64,000 nt of DNA from positions 1 to 64,000 of the forward strand of contig JAQGDQ010000511.1 of NCBI GenBank assembly GCA_030141605.1, written 5' to 3'. Shown here piece by piece: positions 37,967 to 49,046 of this stretch. The position numbers were made by a program, and so were the translations under genes. Every line of letters begins with the position of its first letter. Position 1 is the first letter of the stretch. Below the pieces are notes generated by a model that was not told the origin of the DNA, did no database searches, and saw only the letters and a program-made list of their open reading frames with translations. The DNA is from Tubiluchus corallicola (taxonomy: Eukaryota; Animalia; Priapulida).

Positions 37967-40900
37967 TTAAGGGAAAAATTTGGACACCTTGTGCCGAGAG
38001 GGGTGGATAAAATGTGTAATTGACGTTATAGTGTTGCGCAAAGAAAACTCCGCTTGTTTTACTGACCAGCTTGTCATCAGAGTTTTGTGACGGGGTTATC
38101 AGCTGGAACATGATCACGTTGTTCTTCAACTTGCTTCCTAAAGGTGGTTCACATTTGATTTTAGTCTTTGGTAATGGAAGATCAAGCAGACTCTGGGCGT
38201 CGACTCCATTACCGAAATATTTCTTATTAGTTTCTGTTAGACTGCCAAACCTACCCGAGAACTGATCGACTTTTTGCTCGTAGGTTTTTCGATCTCTTAA
38301 CGTCTTATAGTTGATCATTTCCTTAAAGTCGAATCTCACGGAAGCGACGCGGACAGATTTTTGCTTTTTGAACTTGACGGTGATACTGATCGGGTGGGTA
38401 CTAATTTCTGTTATGGCTTTTAATTTGCTAATCATTTTAGCAGAAACGCCCTCTTTTCTCCATTCTTCCCATTTCAGCTTCTTTAAGACCTTGTAGTTTT
38501 CTTTATTGCCTTTTCCAATGAAGACAGCTTCTACACAATCCTTCTGACAGGACTTTGCTTGACATACGATCAGCTTGCAAGATGAAACAGGTCCAGTATT
38601 AACGGATACATTTGTGGGAGTTTTGTCAATCTTTCGAGTAATTTTCAAGAATGGGAGAGGTTCGGTCGTCACGGGAGTCGAAGATGTAGATAAATCCTTA
38701 AGTATCGATGTACTTGTAGACGTTGTCGTAGGCAGTGACGTCATTGTCGTTACACGTGTCACAGGTGTAGACACTTCCTTAAGCGTCGATGCAACTGCAG
38801 ATGTTGTTGTATAGGATGACGTCAATGTCGTTATAGGTCTCAATGTCGTTATAGGTGTCAATGTCGTTATAGATCTCAATGTCGTTATAGGTCTCAATGT
38901 CGTTATAGGTGACAATGTCGTTATAGGTGCCAGCGTCGTTATAGGTGTCAATGTTGACGATGTACAACTTGTTCTACAGTTTGACTTGCAGGTAGATTTA
39001 TTTGCACCTTTGCACTTATTCTCACACGCACAACGACATTCACTCTCTTTTTCGCAGTTTCTCACACAATTTTCTCTGCACGCTGCTGCGTCTTCTCCAA
39101 CACACGTAGCATTACACGACGATTGACACGCTTGAACTTTATCACGCATGCACACGAATTTATTACAGTAAGTTTCACAATCCTTTTCGCAAGTTGGATC
39201 GTGTATCTCTGGACACATACTCTTACACATGCAAATGCAGTCACTCGTACGGCGGCAGTAGTCCTTACAATCTGATGTACACTGAACCAGATCTCTTCCA
39301 GTACAAGTCTTTTCACATTCAGGCAAGCAGTCTATCTTACAATCGCACATTTTTTTGCAATTGCTCTCGCAGTTTTCTTCCTTCCACTTGCCAACTGTAC
39401 AAGTAGTTCTGCATTTGAGCTCGCATTGACTCGGAGGCGTGGGTGCAGGTTTCTTTGTCTTAGGTTTCAGTTCAGCAGATGGTGCCATAGTCGTTTCCTT
39501 CACAGGTGAACTTTCTGTTGATGAGTTTGGCATATCTGTTTGCCATTCAGGGTGTTCTGTTGTTTGCTCCTGTTGATTATCGGTTGTAAACGTTACCATG
39601 GTAATTTGTGTTGTGTATGATTTTGGATTGAATGCAGAAGTTGGTGTACTCGTTGAAACAGTTGTGGTCACACAATTCGTTTTACACGTCTCCTTGCAAA
39701 TAGATCTATCTGCTTCTGTGCAGTTACTCTCACAGCCACAACGACATAGACTTTCACTCTCACAATGTTCCTCACAGGTTTTGTTGCATGCACCTGGGTC
39801 TTCCACGGCACATTCAGCATTACACGAAGCCTGGCAAGCTTCATTTTTATCACGCATGCAAACAAACTGGTTACAGTAGGTTTCACAAGCTTTTTTGCAA
39901 GTTGATCCCTTTGTACGTGGGCACATCCTCTTGCACATACAAGTACAGTCACTTGTTTGTTCACAGTTTTCTCTACAGCTTGTTTTACACTGAACCTGGT
40001 TTCTTCCAGTACAACTCTGCTCACATGCAGGAAAGCAATTAATCTTACAATAGCAGAAATCTTTGCAATTATTCTCACAGTTTTGTTCTTTCCACTTACC
40101 ACCTGTACAACTATTTCTGCAATCAAGCTCGCACTCACTAAGAGGTACAGGGGTGGGCTTCGTTATTGTGGGCTTTACTTTAGCTGAAGTTTTTGTAGCT
40201 CTTTGTGTTTTGTCAGTTGCAGAAGTGGTTTGCACCGTGGTGGGTGTTTGTTTTGTTGCAGAAGTTGCTGTACTTGCAGGTGTCGCTGTGGTAATCTTTA
40301 CTGTTAAGCAATTTACTTTACACTTCTCCTTACAAACAGATACATCTTCATCCGTACACTCACTCTCGCAACCACAACGGCATTCACTTTCTCTCTTGCA
40401 GTATTCTGCACAATCACTTTTGCATGCTGCTGCGTTTTTTCCAGCACATTTAATGCTACATGAAGACTTGCATACCTGGTTATTATCGTGCACGCATGTG
40501 TAATTATCACAGTAAATTTGACAAACTTCCATACAGTTTGCTTCCTCTGTGCCTGGTGGGCACATACTCTTGCACATGCACGTACAATCACTTGTACGCT
40601 TACACTTCTCTCTACAGTCTAACTTGCACTGATATTGATTTACTCCAGTGCAACTTTGCTCACACGCTGGCACACAGTTAGCCTTACAATTGCAGAATGC
40701 TTTACAAGTATTCTCACAGTTTTGTATTCTCACATTCCACTTACCACCTGTACAACTTTTTCTACAATGAAGCTCGCATTCATTCAGCGGTGTGGGCTTC
40801 TTTGTTTTAAGATTTGGTTTAGCAGAAGTTGTTGTAGCTGCTTGTGTTGTGTAAGTGTTGGAAGTAGTTGCAGAAGTCGTTTGCACGGTGTCGGATTTCG

Positions 40901-43900
40901 TTTTCGTTGCAGAAGTTGCTGTACTTGAAGGTGCAGCTGTGGTTGTCACTAATACTGTGCAATTTACTTTACAATTCTCTTTGCAAATAGATACATCTTC
41001 ATCCATACACTCACTCTCACAGCCACAACGACATTCACTTTCGCTCTTGCAGTATTCTACACAATCACGTTTACATGCTGCCGTGTTTTTTCCAGTACAC
41101 TTAGCATTACACAGCAACTTGCACACCTCATTTTTATAATGCACACACGTGTAATTATCACAGTAAGTTTCACAATTATTCTCACAATTTGAATCTTCTA
41201 CACTTGGGCACATACTCTTGCAAATGTACACGCAATCACTTGTGCACTCACACTTTTTCTTACAGTTTGATTTGCACTGAACTAGACTTACTCCCGTGCA
41301 GTTCTCTTCACACGCTGGTAGGCAGTTAGTCTTGCAATCGCATATCTTTTTACAATTGTTTTCACAGTCTTGCTTTTGCAGTAAATCACCTGTGCAACTT
41401 TCTTTACAATCAGACTCGCATTCACTAGGAGGTAACACAGATAGAATCGTTGTGGTTGAAGTTGTTCTTGGTTTTTGTGTAGTTATAGAGCCTGTTCTGG
41501 GTGTTGCAGATGTGTTGTGTTTTGTAGCAGCTATCGTTGTGGTTGAAGGTGTTCTTGGTTTTTGTGTAGTTATAGAGCTTGTTCTGGGTGTTGCAGATGT
41601 GTTGTGTTTTGTAGCAGCTATCGTTGTGGTTGAAGGTGTTCTTGGTTTTTGTGCAGTTACAGAGCTTATTCTGGGTGTTGCAGATGTGTTGTGTTTTGTA
41701 GCAGCTATCGTTGTGGTTGAAAGCTTACAGCGTATTTTGCATGTGATCTTACAAGTAGCTTTACCTGCAACAGTGCACTCACTCTCGCACCCACAACGAC
41801 ATTCATTCTCCTTTTCACAGTTTTCTGCACACCTTCTTTTGCACACTGCTGAGTTTTTGCCAGTACATGTTGTTTTACACGAAGACAAACAAGCTTTGTT
41901 CCTATCAAGTTTGCACATATGTTTGTTGCACTTTGTTTCACAATCCTTCTCACAATTCCAATCTTTTGCAAGTGAACATTGGCTCTTGCACATGCACATA
42001 CAATCTCCTATGCGCTCACACTTTTTCCTGCAGTCTGACGTACACTCGACCCGGTTCTTTCCAGTACAAGTCTTTTCACATGCAGGCAAGCAGTTGAGTT
42101 TGCAAAGGCATATTTCTTTACAGTTATTTGTGCAGTTTTGCTGTTCCCACTTGCCACCTGCACATTTGTTTCTACATTCCACCTCACATTTACTTGGTAG
42201 AACGGTAATAATATTTGGCGTAGATTCACTAGTTTGTTTTTGTTGAATGATGGTTGTAAAAGTAGCTGCAGAAGTAGTTTGCATTGCGTCGGATTTTGAT
42301 TTAGTTGCAGAAGTTGTCGTGTTTATTGGTGCAGTTGCAGCCGTAACTGGTGTCGAGCAATTTGCTTTACACATCTCCTTACAAATAGATCTATCTGCCT
42401 CTGTGCAGTTACTCTCACAGCCACAACGACATAGACTTTCACTCTCACAATATTCCTCACAGGTTTTGTTGCATGCATCTGGGTCTTCTGCGGCACATTC
42501 AGCATTACACGAAGCCTGGCAAGCTTCGTTTTTATCATGCATGCAAACAAACTGATTACAGTAGGTTTCACAAGCTTTTTTGCAAGTTGATCCCTTTGTA
42601 CGTGGGCACATACTCTTGCACATACAAGTACAGTCACTTGTTTGTTCACAGTTTTCTTTACAGCTTGATTTACACTGAACCTGGTTTCTTCCAGTACAAC
42701 TCTGCTCACATGCAGGAAAGCAATTAATCTTACAATAGCAGAAATCTTTACAATTATTCTCACACTTTTGTTCTTTCCACTTACCACCTATACAACTATT
42801 TCTGCAATCAAGCTCGCACTCACTAAGAGGTACAGGGGTGGGCTTCGTTATTGTGGGCTTTACTTTAGCTGAAGTTTTTGTAGCTGTTTGTGTTGTGTCA
42901 ATTGTAGAAGTGGTTTGCACCGTGGTGGGTTTTTGTTTAGTTGCAGAAGTTGCTGTACTTGAAGGTGCAGCTGTGGTTGTCACTAATACTGTGCAATTTG
43001 CTTTACACTTCTCCTTACAAACAGATACATCTTCATCCATACACTCACTCTCACAACCACAACGACATTCACTTTCTCTCTTGCAGTATTCTGCACAATC
43101 ACTTTTACATGCTGCTGTGTTTTTTCCAGTACACTTAGCATTACACAGCAACTTGCACACCTCATTTTTGTAATGCACACACGTGTAATTATCACAGTAA
43201 GTTTCACAATCATTCTCACAGCTCGAATCTTCTACACTTGGGCACATACTCTTGCACATGCACGCACAGTCACTTGTACGTTCACACTTTTCTTTGCAAT
43301 CTAATTTACATTGAACTTTATTTACTCCCGTACAACTGTCTTCACACGTTGGTAAACAGTTCATTTTGCAATTGCATGCTTTTTTACAGTTATTTTCACA
43401 GTTTTGCTTTTGCAGTAAATCACCTGTACAACTATCTATACAATCGAGCTCACATTCACTAGGAGGTAATACGGTTAATGTCGTTGACGATGTTTTAGGC
43501 TTTTGTGTTGTTACAGAAGTTATTTTAATCATTGTTGAATTGTCAGATTTTGTAGTAGTTGCAGTGGTAGTTGACGGCTGACATTTTGTTTTACATGTAG
43601 TCTTACAAGTAGCTTTATCTGCATCCGTGCACACACTCTCGCACGCACAACGACATTCATTCTCCTTTTCACAATTTTCTGCACACCTTCTTTTGCACAC
43701 TGCCAAATTTTTGCCAGTACACCTTGCATCACACAAAGACAAGCATGGTTTATTGTTATCAAGTTTGCACATGTATTTCTCACACTTTGTTTCGCAATCT
43801 TTCTGACACTTCCACTCTTCCGTACCTGAACACTGATTCGTGCACATGCACACACAATCTCCTGTGCGCGCGCACGTTTCCGTGCAGTTTGACGTACACT

Positions 43901-44867
43901 CGTCCCGGTTTTTTCCAGTACACTTTTTTTCACATGCAGGCAAGCAGTTGAGTTTGCAATTGCAGATTTTCGTACAATTATTCTTGCAATTTTGCTGTTC
44001 CCCGCCCACACATCTACCTCTACATTTCACCTCACATTCACTTGGCAAAACAGTAGAAATACTTGGAATCGTTTCAGTTGTTTCAGTCTTTGTTGTGGTG
44101 CTAGAAATAGCTGTAATTTCTGGTGTAACTGTTTGCCCAACTATGGTTGTCGAAGCCACTGCAGGCTTTGATGTAGTCATTACAGATGTATCCGGTTTTG
44201 TTGCAGAACCCACCGTGGTTTGCTCTTCTACAGGTGGTTCTAGTGGATTCAGTGTTGGTATTGTTGGTATTCCAGTTTGTTGTTGAACGTCTGTTGTAGT
44301 CGTGATTTCACTAGTAGGAGTAATCGTAACTGTGACCGTAGATGATGCAGTAGTAACGTCAGGAAAACTTAGTGTCAAATCATCATCTGTTTGCTCTTGC
44401 AGACCTGCTTCAATTGGAGGAAGAAGCCCAGAAGAGGAAGGTTCCCCATCTGTTAACTTTAGTGATGTTGTTGGTTGTTCATCTGTAGATGGAGCTGTCT
44501 GGTCACTTGATGATGATCGTGTTGTAGCATATTCAATGTAAGGTATTCGTATGAAAATAGGTTTGGGCCAGCGGGCCCTCATTAGCGGATGAAAAATCTC
44601 TTTGTACACGCATTCTACGTGTACAGGAGGAATTAGACAAACCACGCCTAGTTTGTACACCAGTTGTTTTTCATAGACCTTGTATTCTAGCTTTAACTCA
44701 CCAGAAAATGTCCAAATTGGTGAATTTGGCACTTTACATTCATACACTGAGCCCGCGACTCTGTGTAAAAGACCTGATGTTAGGTTTTGCTTACTGTCTG
44801 ATAAAACATTCTGAATTATCCACATCATGATCTTGCATAATATTAACAACTTCATCTTCAACTTCAT
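37920..44867 (-). CDS. 2315-aa predicted secreted cysteine-rich repeat / mucin-like protein with C-terminal discoidin (F5/8 type C)-like region
   Basis: Uninterrupted 6.9-kb ORF. Basic/hydrophobic N-terminus MKLKMKLLILCKIMMWIIQNVLS. Eight CX3CX3C-rich modules separated by Thr/Ser/Pro linkers. C-terminus FYPPLSAQGVQIFPLKWKQGYQMFFEIFTC resembles the F5/8C terminal motif. Confidence 0.93.
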   Translation of the reverse strand: MKLKMKLLILCKIMMWIIQNVLSDSKQNLTSGLLHRVAGSVYECKVPNSPIWTFSGELKLEYKVYEKQLVYKLGVVCLIPPVHVECVYKEIFHPLMRARWPKPIFIRIPYIEYATTRSSSSDQTAPSTDEQPTTSLKLTDGEPSSSGLLPPIEAGLQEQTDDDLTLSFPDVTTASSTVTVTITPTSEITTTTDVQQQTGIPTIPTLNPLEPPVEEQTTVGSATKPDTSVMTTSKPAVASTTIVGQTVTPEITAISSTTTKTETTETIPSISTVLPSECEVKCRGRCVGGEQQNCKNNCTKICNCKLNCLPACEKKCTGKNRDECTSNCTETCARTGDCVCMCTNQCSGTEEWKCQKDCETKCEKYMCKLDNNKPCLSLCDARCTGKNLAVCKRRCAENCEKENECRCACESVCTDADKATCKTTCKTKCQPSTTTATTTKSDNSTMIKITSVTTQKPKTSSTTLTVLPPSECELDCIDSCTGDLLQKQNCENNCKKACNCKMNCLPTCEDSCTGVNKVQCKLDCKEKCERTSDCACMCKSMCPSVEDSSCENDCETYCDNYTCVHYKNEVCKLLCNAKCTGKNTAACKSDCAEYCKRESECRCGCESECMDEDVSVCKEKCKANCTVLVTTTAAPSSTATSATKQKPTTVQTTSTIDTTQTATKTSAKVKPTITKPTPVPLSECELDCRNSCIGGKWKEQKCENNCKDFCYCKINCFPACEQSCTGRNQVQCKSSCKENCEQTSDCTCMCKSMCPRTKGSTCKKACETYCNQFVCMHDKNEACQASCNAECAAEDPDACNKTCEEYCESESLCRCGCESNCTEADRSICKEMCKANCSTPVTAATAPINTTTSATKSKSDAMQTTSAATFTTIIQQKQTSESTPNIITVLPSKCEVECRNKCAGGKWEQQNCTNNCKEICLCKLNCLPACEKTCTGKNRVECTSDCRKKCERIGDCMCMCKSQCSLAKDWNCEKDCETKCNKHMCKLDRNKACLSSCKTTCTGKNSAVCKRRCAENCEKENECRCGCESECTVAGKATCKITCKIRCKLSTTTIAATKHNTSATPRISSVTAQKPRTPSTTTIAATKHNTSATPRTSSITTQKPRTPSTTTIAATKHNTSATPRTGSITTQKPRTTSTTTILSVLPPSECESDCKESCTGDLLQKQDCENNCKKICDCKTNCLPACEENCTGVSLVQCKSNCKKKCECTSDCVYICKSMCPSVEDSNCENNCETYCDNYTCVHYKNEVCKLLCNAKCTGKNTAACKRDCVEYCKSESECRCGCESECMDEDVSICKENCKVNCTVLVTTTAAPSSTATSATKTKSDTVQTTSATTSNTYTTQAATTTSAKPNLKTKKPTPLNECELHCRKSCTGGKWNVRIQNCENTCKAFCNCKANCVPACEQSCTGVNQYQCKLDCREKCKRTSDCTCMCKSMCPPGTEEANCMEVCQIYCDNYTCVHDNNQVCKSSCSIKCAGKNAAACKSDCAEYCKRESECRCGCESECTDEDVSVCKEKCKVNCLTVKITTATPASTATSATKQTPTTVQTTSATDKTQRATKTSAKVKPTITKPTPVPLSECELDCRNSCTGGKWKEQNCENNCKDFCYCKINCFPACEQSCTGRNQVQCKTSCRENCEQTSDCTCMCKRMCPRTKGSTCKKACETYCNQFVCMRDKNEACQASCNAECAVEDPGACNKTCEEHCESESLCRCGCESNCTEADRSICKETCKTNCVTTTVSTSTPTSAFNPKSYTTQITMVTFTTDNQQEQTTEHPEWQTDMPNSSTESSPVKETTMAPSAELKPKTKKPAPTPPSQCELKCRTTCTVGKWKEENCESNCKKMCDCKIDCLPECEKTCTGRDLVQCTSDCKDYCRRTSDCICMCKSMCPEIHDPTCEKDCETYCNKFVCMRDKVQACQSSCNATCVGEDAAACRENCVRNCEKESECRCACENKCKGANKSTCKSNCRTSCTSSTLTPITTLAPITTLSPITTLRPITTLRSITTLTPITTLRPITTLTSSYTTTSAVASTLKEVSTPVTRVTTMTSLPTTTSTSTSILKDLSTSSTPVTTEPLPFLKITRKIDKTPTNVSVNTGPVSSCKLIVCQAKSCQKDCVEAVFIGKGNKENYKVLKKLKWEEWRKEGVSAKMISKLKAITEISTHPISITVKFKKQKSVRVASVRFDFKEMINYKTLRDRKTYEQKVDQFSGRFGSLTETNKKYFGNGVDAQSLLDLPLPKTKIKCEPPLGSKLKNNVIMFQLITPSQNSDDKLVSKTSGVFFAQHYNVNYTFYPPLSAQGVQIFPLKWKQGYQMFFEIFTC

Positions 44868-45532
44868 TCAAGAGAATACTTTAGAGACTTTCAAACATTT
44901 ACTGTACACGTTTAACTGACTGTCATAAAATGCAAATAATTATATTGTACAGTAGCTACGTTTCCGTTAAGAATGATTAAGTGTACAATCACCATCATTC
45001 CTTTTTCATGCTTTCATTGTTATCTATGACACGTATGCGAAAAAAACTGATATTGAAAACAATGATTGTGATTTCATATTTCAAGGTTCGAAAGTCTGTA
45101 ATCCAAATTTCGTCACGTGAAAACTCCATTGTTATGTTGATATTCGTGATGTCATTGTTAGGTAGGCCTACTACCGTTCCTACCTTTTGGCTTTCAATGT
45201 CACGTTTTCCAAAACAATGCAGGTCGGAGTGCTTACAGCGAATCAAAAAGCAGAATGCTTTGTTTTCAAATATTTCATGGACCACATGTAAACATTGTTA
45301 TTCGGTATTTTAAAAATGCGATATTCATTTGGTAGGGACTGTGAAAACAAAAAACGAAATGCTTGAGGTAAGGCCTAATTTCATTACCGTCTCCATTTTA
45401 CATTCAGGCCTTAATGTTTTCTAGCTATATGATATATACAACATACTCTATTGTAATAAAAAAACGTATACAAAACGTACAGCAATGAAATTACGATACA
45501 TGTAAATAATTGTTTATGTATAGTCTCTGGAC

Positions 45533-45616
45533 TAACCTAGCCCCTGGGGGGGGGGGGGGGGCAAGCCAACCCAACTTAGTGCCGGTCCCAAGCCCGGATA
45601 AATAGGGAGGGTTAGG
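45533..45616 (+). ncRNA. Twister ribozyme (P1-type) at the 5' end of an RTE-derived element
   Basis: Reads T^AA CCTA GCC-[P3 insert]-GCCGGTCCCAAGCCCGGATAAA-TAGG-GAGGG. The core at 45581-45602 matches the rice twister core as I recall it; P2 CCTA/TAGG pairs; both pseudoknots (CCC:GGG, GC:GC) are possible. Confidence 0.85.
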
Positions 45617-46032
45617 GTCAGGAAGGGCATCCGCCTGTAAAAACTGCGCCAAAACTTTCTATGAATGAGTCGGTGAGACTTAAAGGGAAAGTCCACAAAG
45701 AAGTGGTCAGACCCTCTCTAATCTATGGGCTGGAAGCAGCTTCTCTAAAGAAGACCGAAGAGAAGAAAATGGGTGTGGTGGAGATGAGGATGTTGAGATG
45801 AATGGTGGGAATAACAAGAAGGGATAAATTAGAAATAATAATATCAGAGGAACAGTAAAAGTAGTGGAAGCCTCGCAAGATTGCGATGGTATGGACACCT
45901 GAAAAGAAGAGTCGGTGAAGATCATGTGGGAAGGGAAGACATAAATGAAGAGATGGTCAACAACAGGAATGCGTGGAGAAGACTCATTCACAACGGCGAC
46001 CCTGCATAGGGAAAAGCTGGGAAGAAGAAGAA
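45534..46032 (+). mobile_element. Bipartite non-autonomous RTE-derived retroelement (RTE 5' UTR fused to RTE ORF 3' end)
   Basis: 16-bp TSD gta[t/c]agtctctggact at 45518-45533 and 46033-46048; (GAA)n tail; 45676-46032 is clearly homologous to the RTE copy at 16833-17330. Confidence 0.88.
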
Positions 46033-46233
46033 GTACAGTCTCTGGACTGATGTTTAACAATAGTGTCAAATTGTTCGTAAATTTCTCATGTTTAAAAACA
46101 TTAATGATGCTATTGTTAGTAAATATGTAAAAACACAAGAAAATTTACATTTCAGAAAAGTTTATATGCAATTAAAACACAGAATCAAACAGTCTAACGT
46201 GTAATATCCAATTTTATGAAACAAGTGATATAT

Positions 46234-47025
<792 letters not shown>

Positions 47026-47579
47026 AATAAGAATATATTTACATATAGGCCTATAAAATTTTATGGGGTTCATTTAATAATACATGCTTAAAAATTATAA
47101 TTTTAAAAATTAGAATTAATTTCAATTAAATTTCTTGATTTCTTTTTAATTGTTGTTCATCAATAATATTGCTAAATTGCAGAGTAAAGTTATTTTCAGT
47201 TGCAGGTAAAGTGAACGGATAGTGTGCAGGAGAGATTAGTATCAGTGTTGTCTAAAGTGAAGCAATGCACAAGCCTGGTGAGTGAACAGATGGGTACCTG
47301 CGACAAAATGGCATCTCGGCGGTCTCATTGCCATTTAGCTATCGATTGTTTCTCTTTTGTAAAGGACATTATTTCAAATAGGGTTAATTAAGACACTTAA
47401 TAATCCATTGTCTATTTTTAGAGGTCCTTGGTAATGAGTTACGTTTCACAACAATCTACATCCTATGAAACGTCACTGAAAGTTTTGGTATTTGTTTGTT
47501 TGTTTGTTGTTTGTTTGGGTGTTTGTTTGTTAGCTGGCTTGTTTCTTTGTTAATGTATTTAGTTATCTGGTAGGTCACT

Positions 47580-47718
47580 CAGTCAGTCAGTCAGTCTCTC
47601 AGTCAGTCAGTCAGTCAGTCAGTCAGTCAGTCAGTCAGTCAGTCAGTCAGTCAGTCAGTCAGTCAGTCAGTCAGTCAGTCAGTCAGTCAGTCAGTCAGTC
47701 AGTCAGTCAGTCAGTCAG
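47580..47718. repeat. (CAGT)n microsatellite
   Basis: Direct reading. Confidence 0.95.
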
Positions 47719-48604
47719 TATTTTAGAATGTTAGTTTGTTAGTAGATTGTTAAATAATTTGCTTGTTATTGCAGAATCAAGGAATTTTTCAGTTTTGTTC
47801 ACCTGTGAAAACCGAATCAACGGCTCACGTATCTAATAACAAAGCGAACTAAACAAGCCTTTCACTCAGGTTGATATGTTCACAAACACCAAGTGTAGCC
47901 GTTGATTCTGCGCTTTGCAGGTGTGAATGCGAATTTACCGTGCGAATCGATTCCCTAAATGCGCTTGTTCGTGTGCGAATTTGTGCACGAATAAAAGACA
48001 TAATCTACATTATGCGAGCGAAGGTGTTTACTCTTGCCTGCAATACTGCATTAGAGAAGCTTGTTCAAACACGTCTTGTGTTAGGTAATATCGAACATTG
48101 TATTGTATACATGTGTAAAAACCTTTCATCTGTCGGTGATATATACAGTAATGTAATTTTACACACACAGAGAGAGAACCGTACTGCTTTTTGTGTAACA
48201 TTGATATTGTTCCAAATTTCTTTGTAATTTTATCAAACGAGGTGACTGGGCGTTGATTAGTAATATCGACATGTAGTCAATCGCTAATGCATTCATCAAC
48301 ACACACGCGTGATTCTAGTGTACATGCGAAAATTATACGCCGTTGTTTTGTTAAGCTTTTGCAAATCGTTTGTTTAACTTGTGATTAAGCAAACCGAACT
48401 ACTTTACAGGGTTTCACACGATTGATTCGTTTTTACATCGTGTGGGCCTGTGCTTTGTGAAGGTTTGGAAACGAAGATTTCTCGTATTTCCACATGATAA
48501 TCAGTCAGAGATTTAACTACACCCTTTCTATCTTCTTGTGTGACTAAATTATCTCTCTCCCTCACTTATTCTTTCTCTCTCTCCGTCTCTCTGTCGCTTA
48601 CTAT

Positions 48605-49046
<442 letters not shown>

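Noticed and set aside
38071-44541. Many overlapping or antisense ORFs within the Cys-rich gene
   Set aside because: Shadows of the repetitive main ORF.
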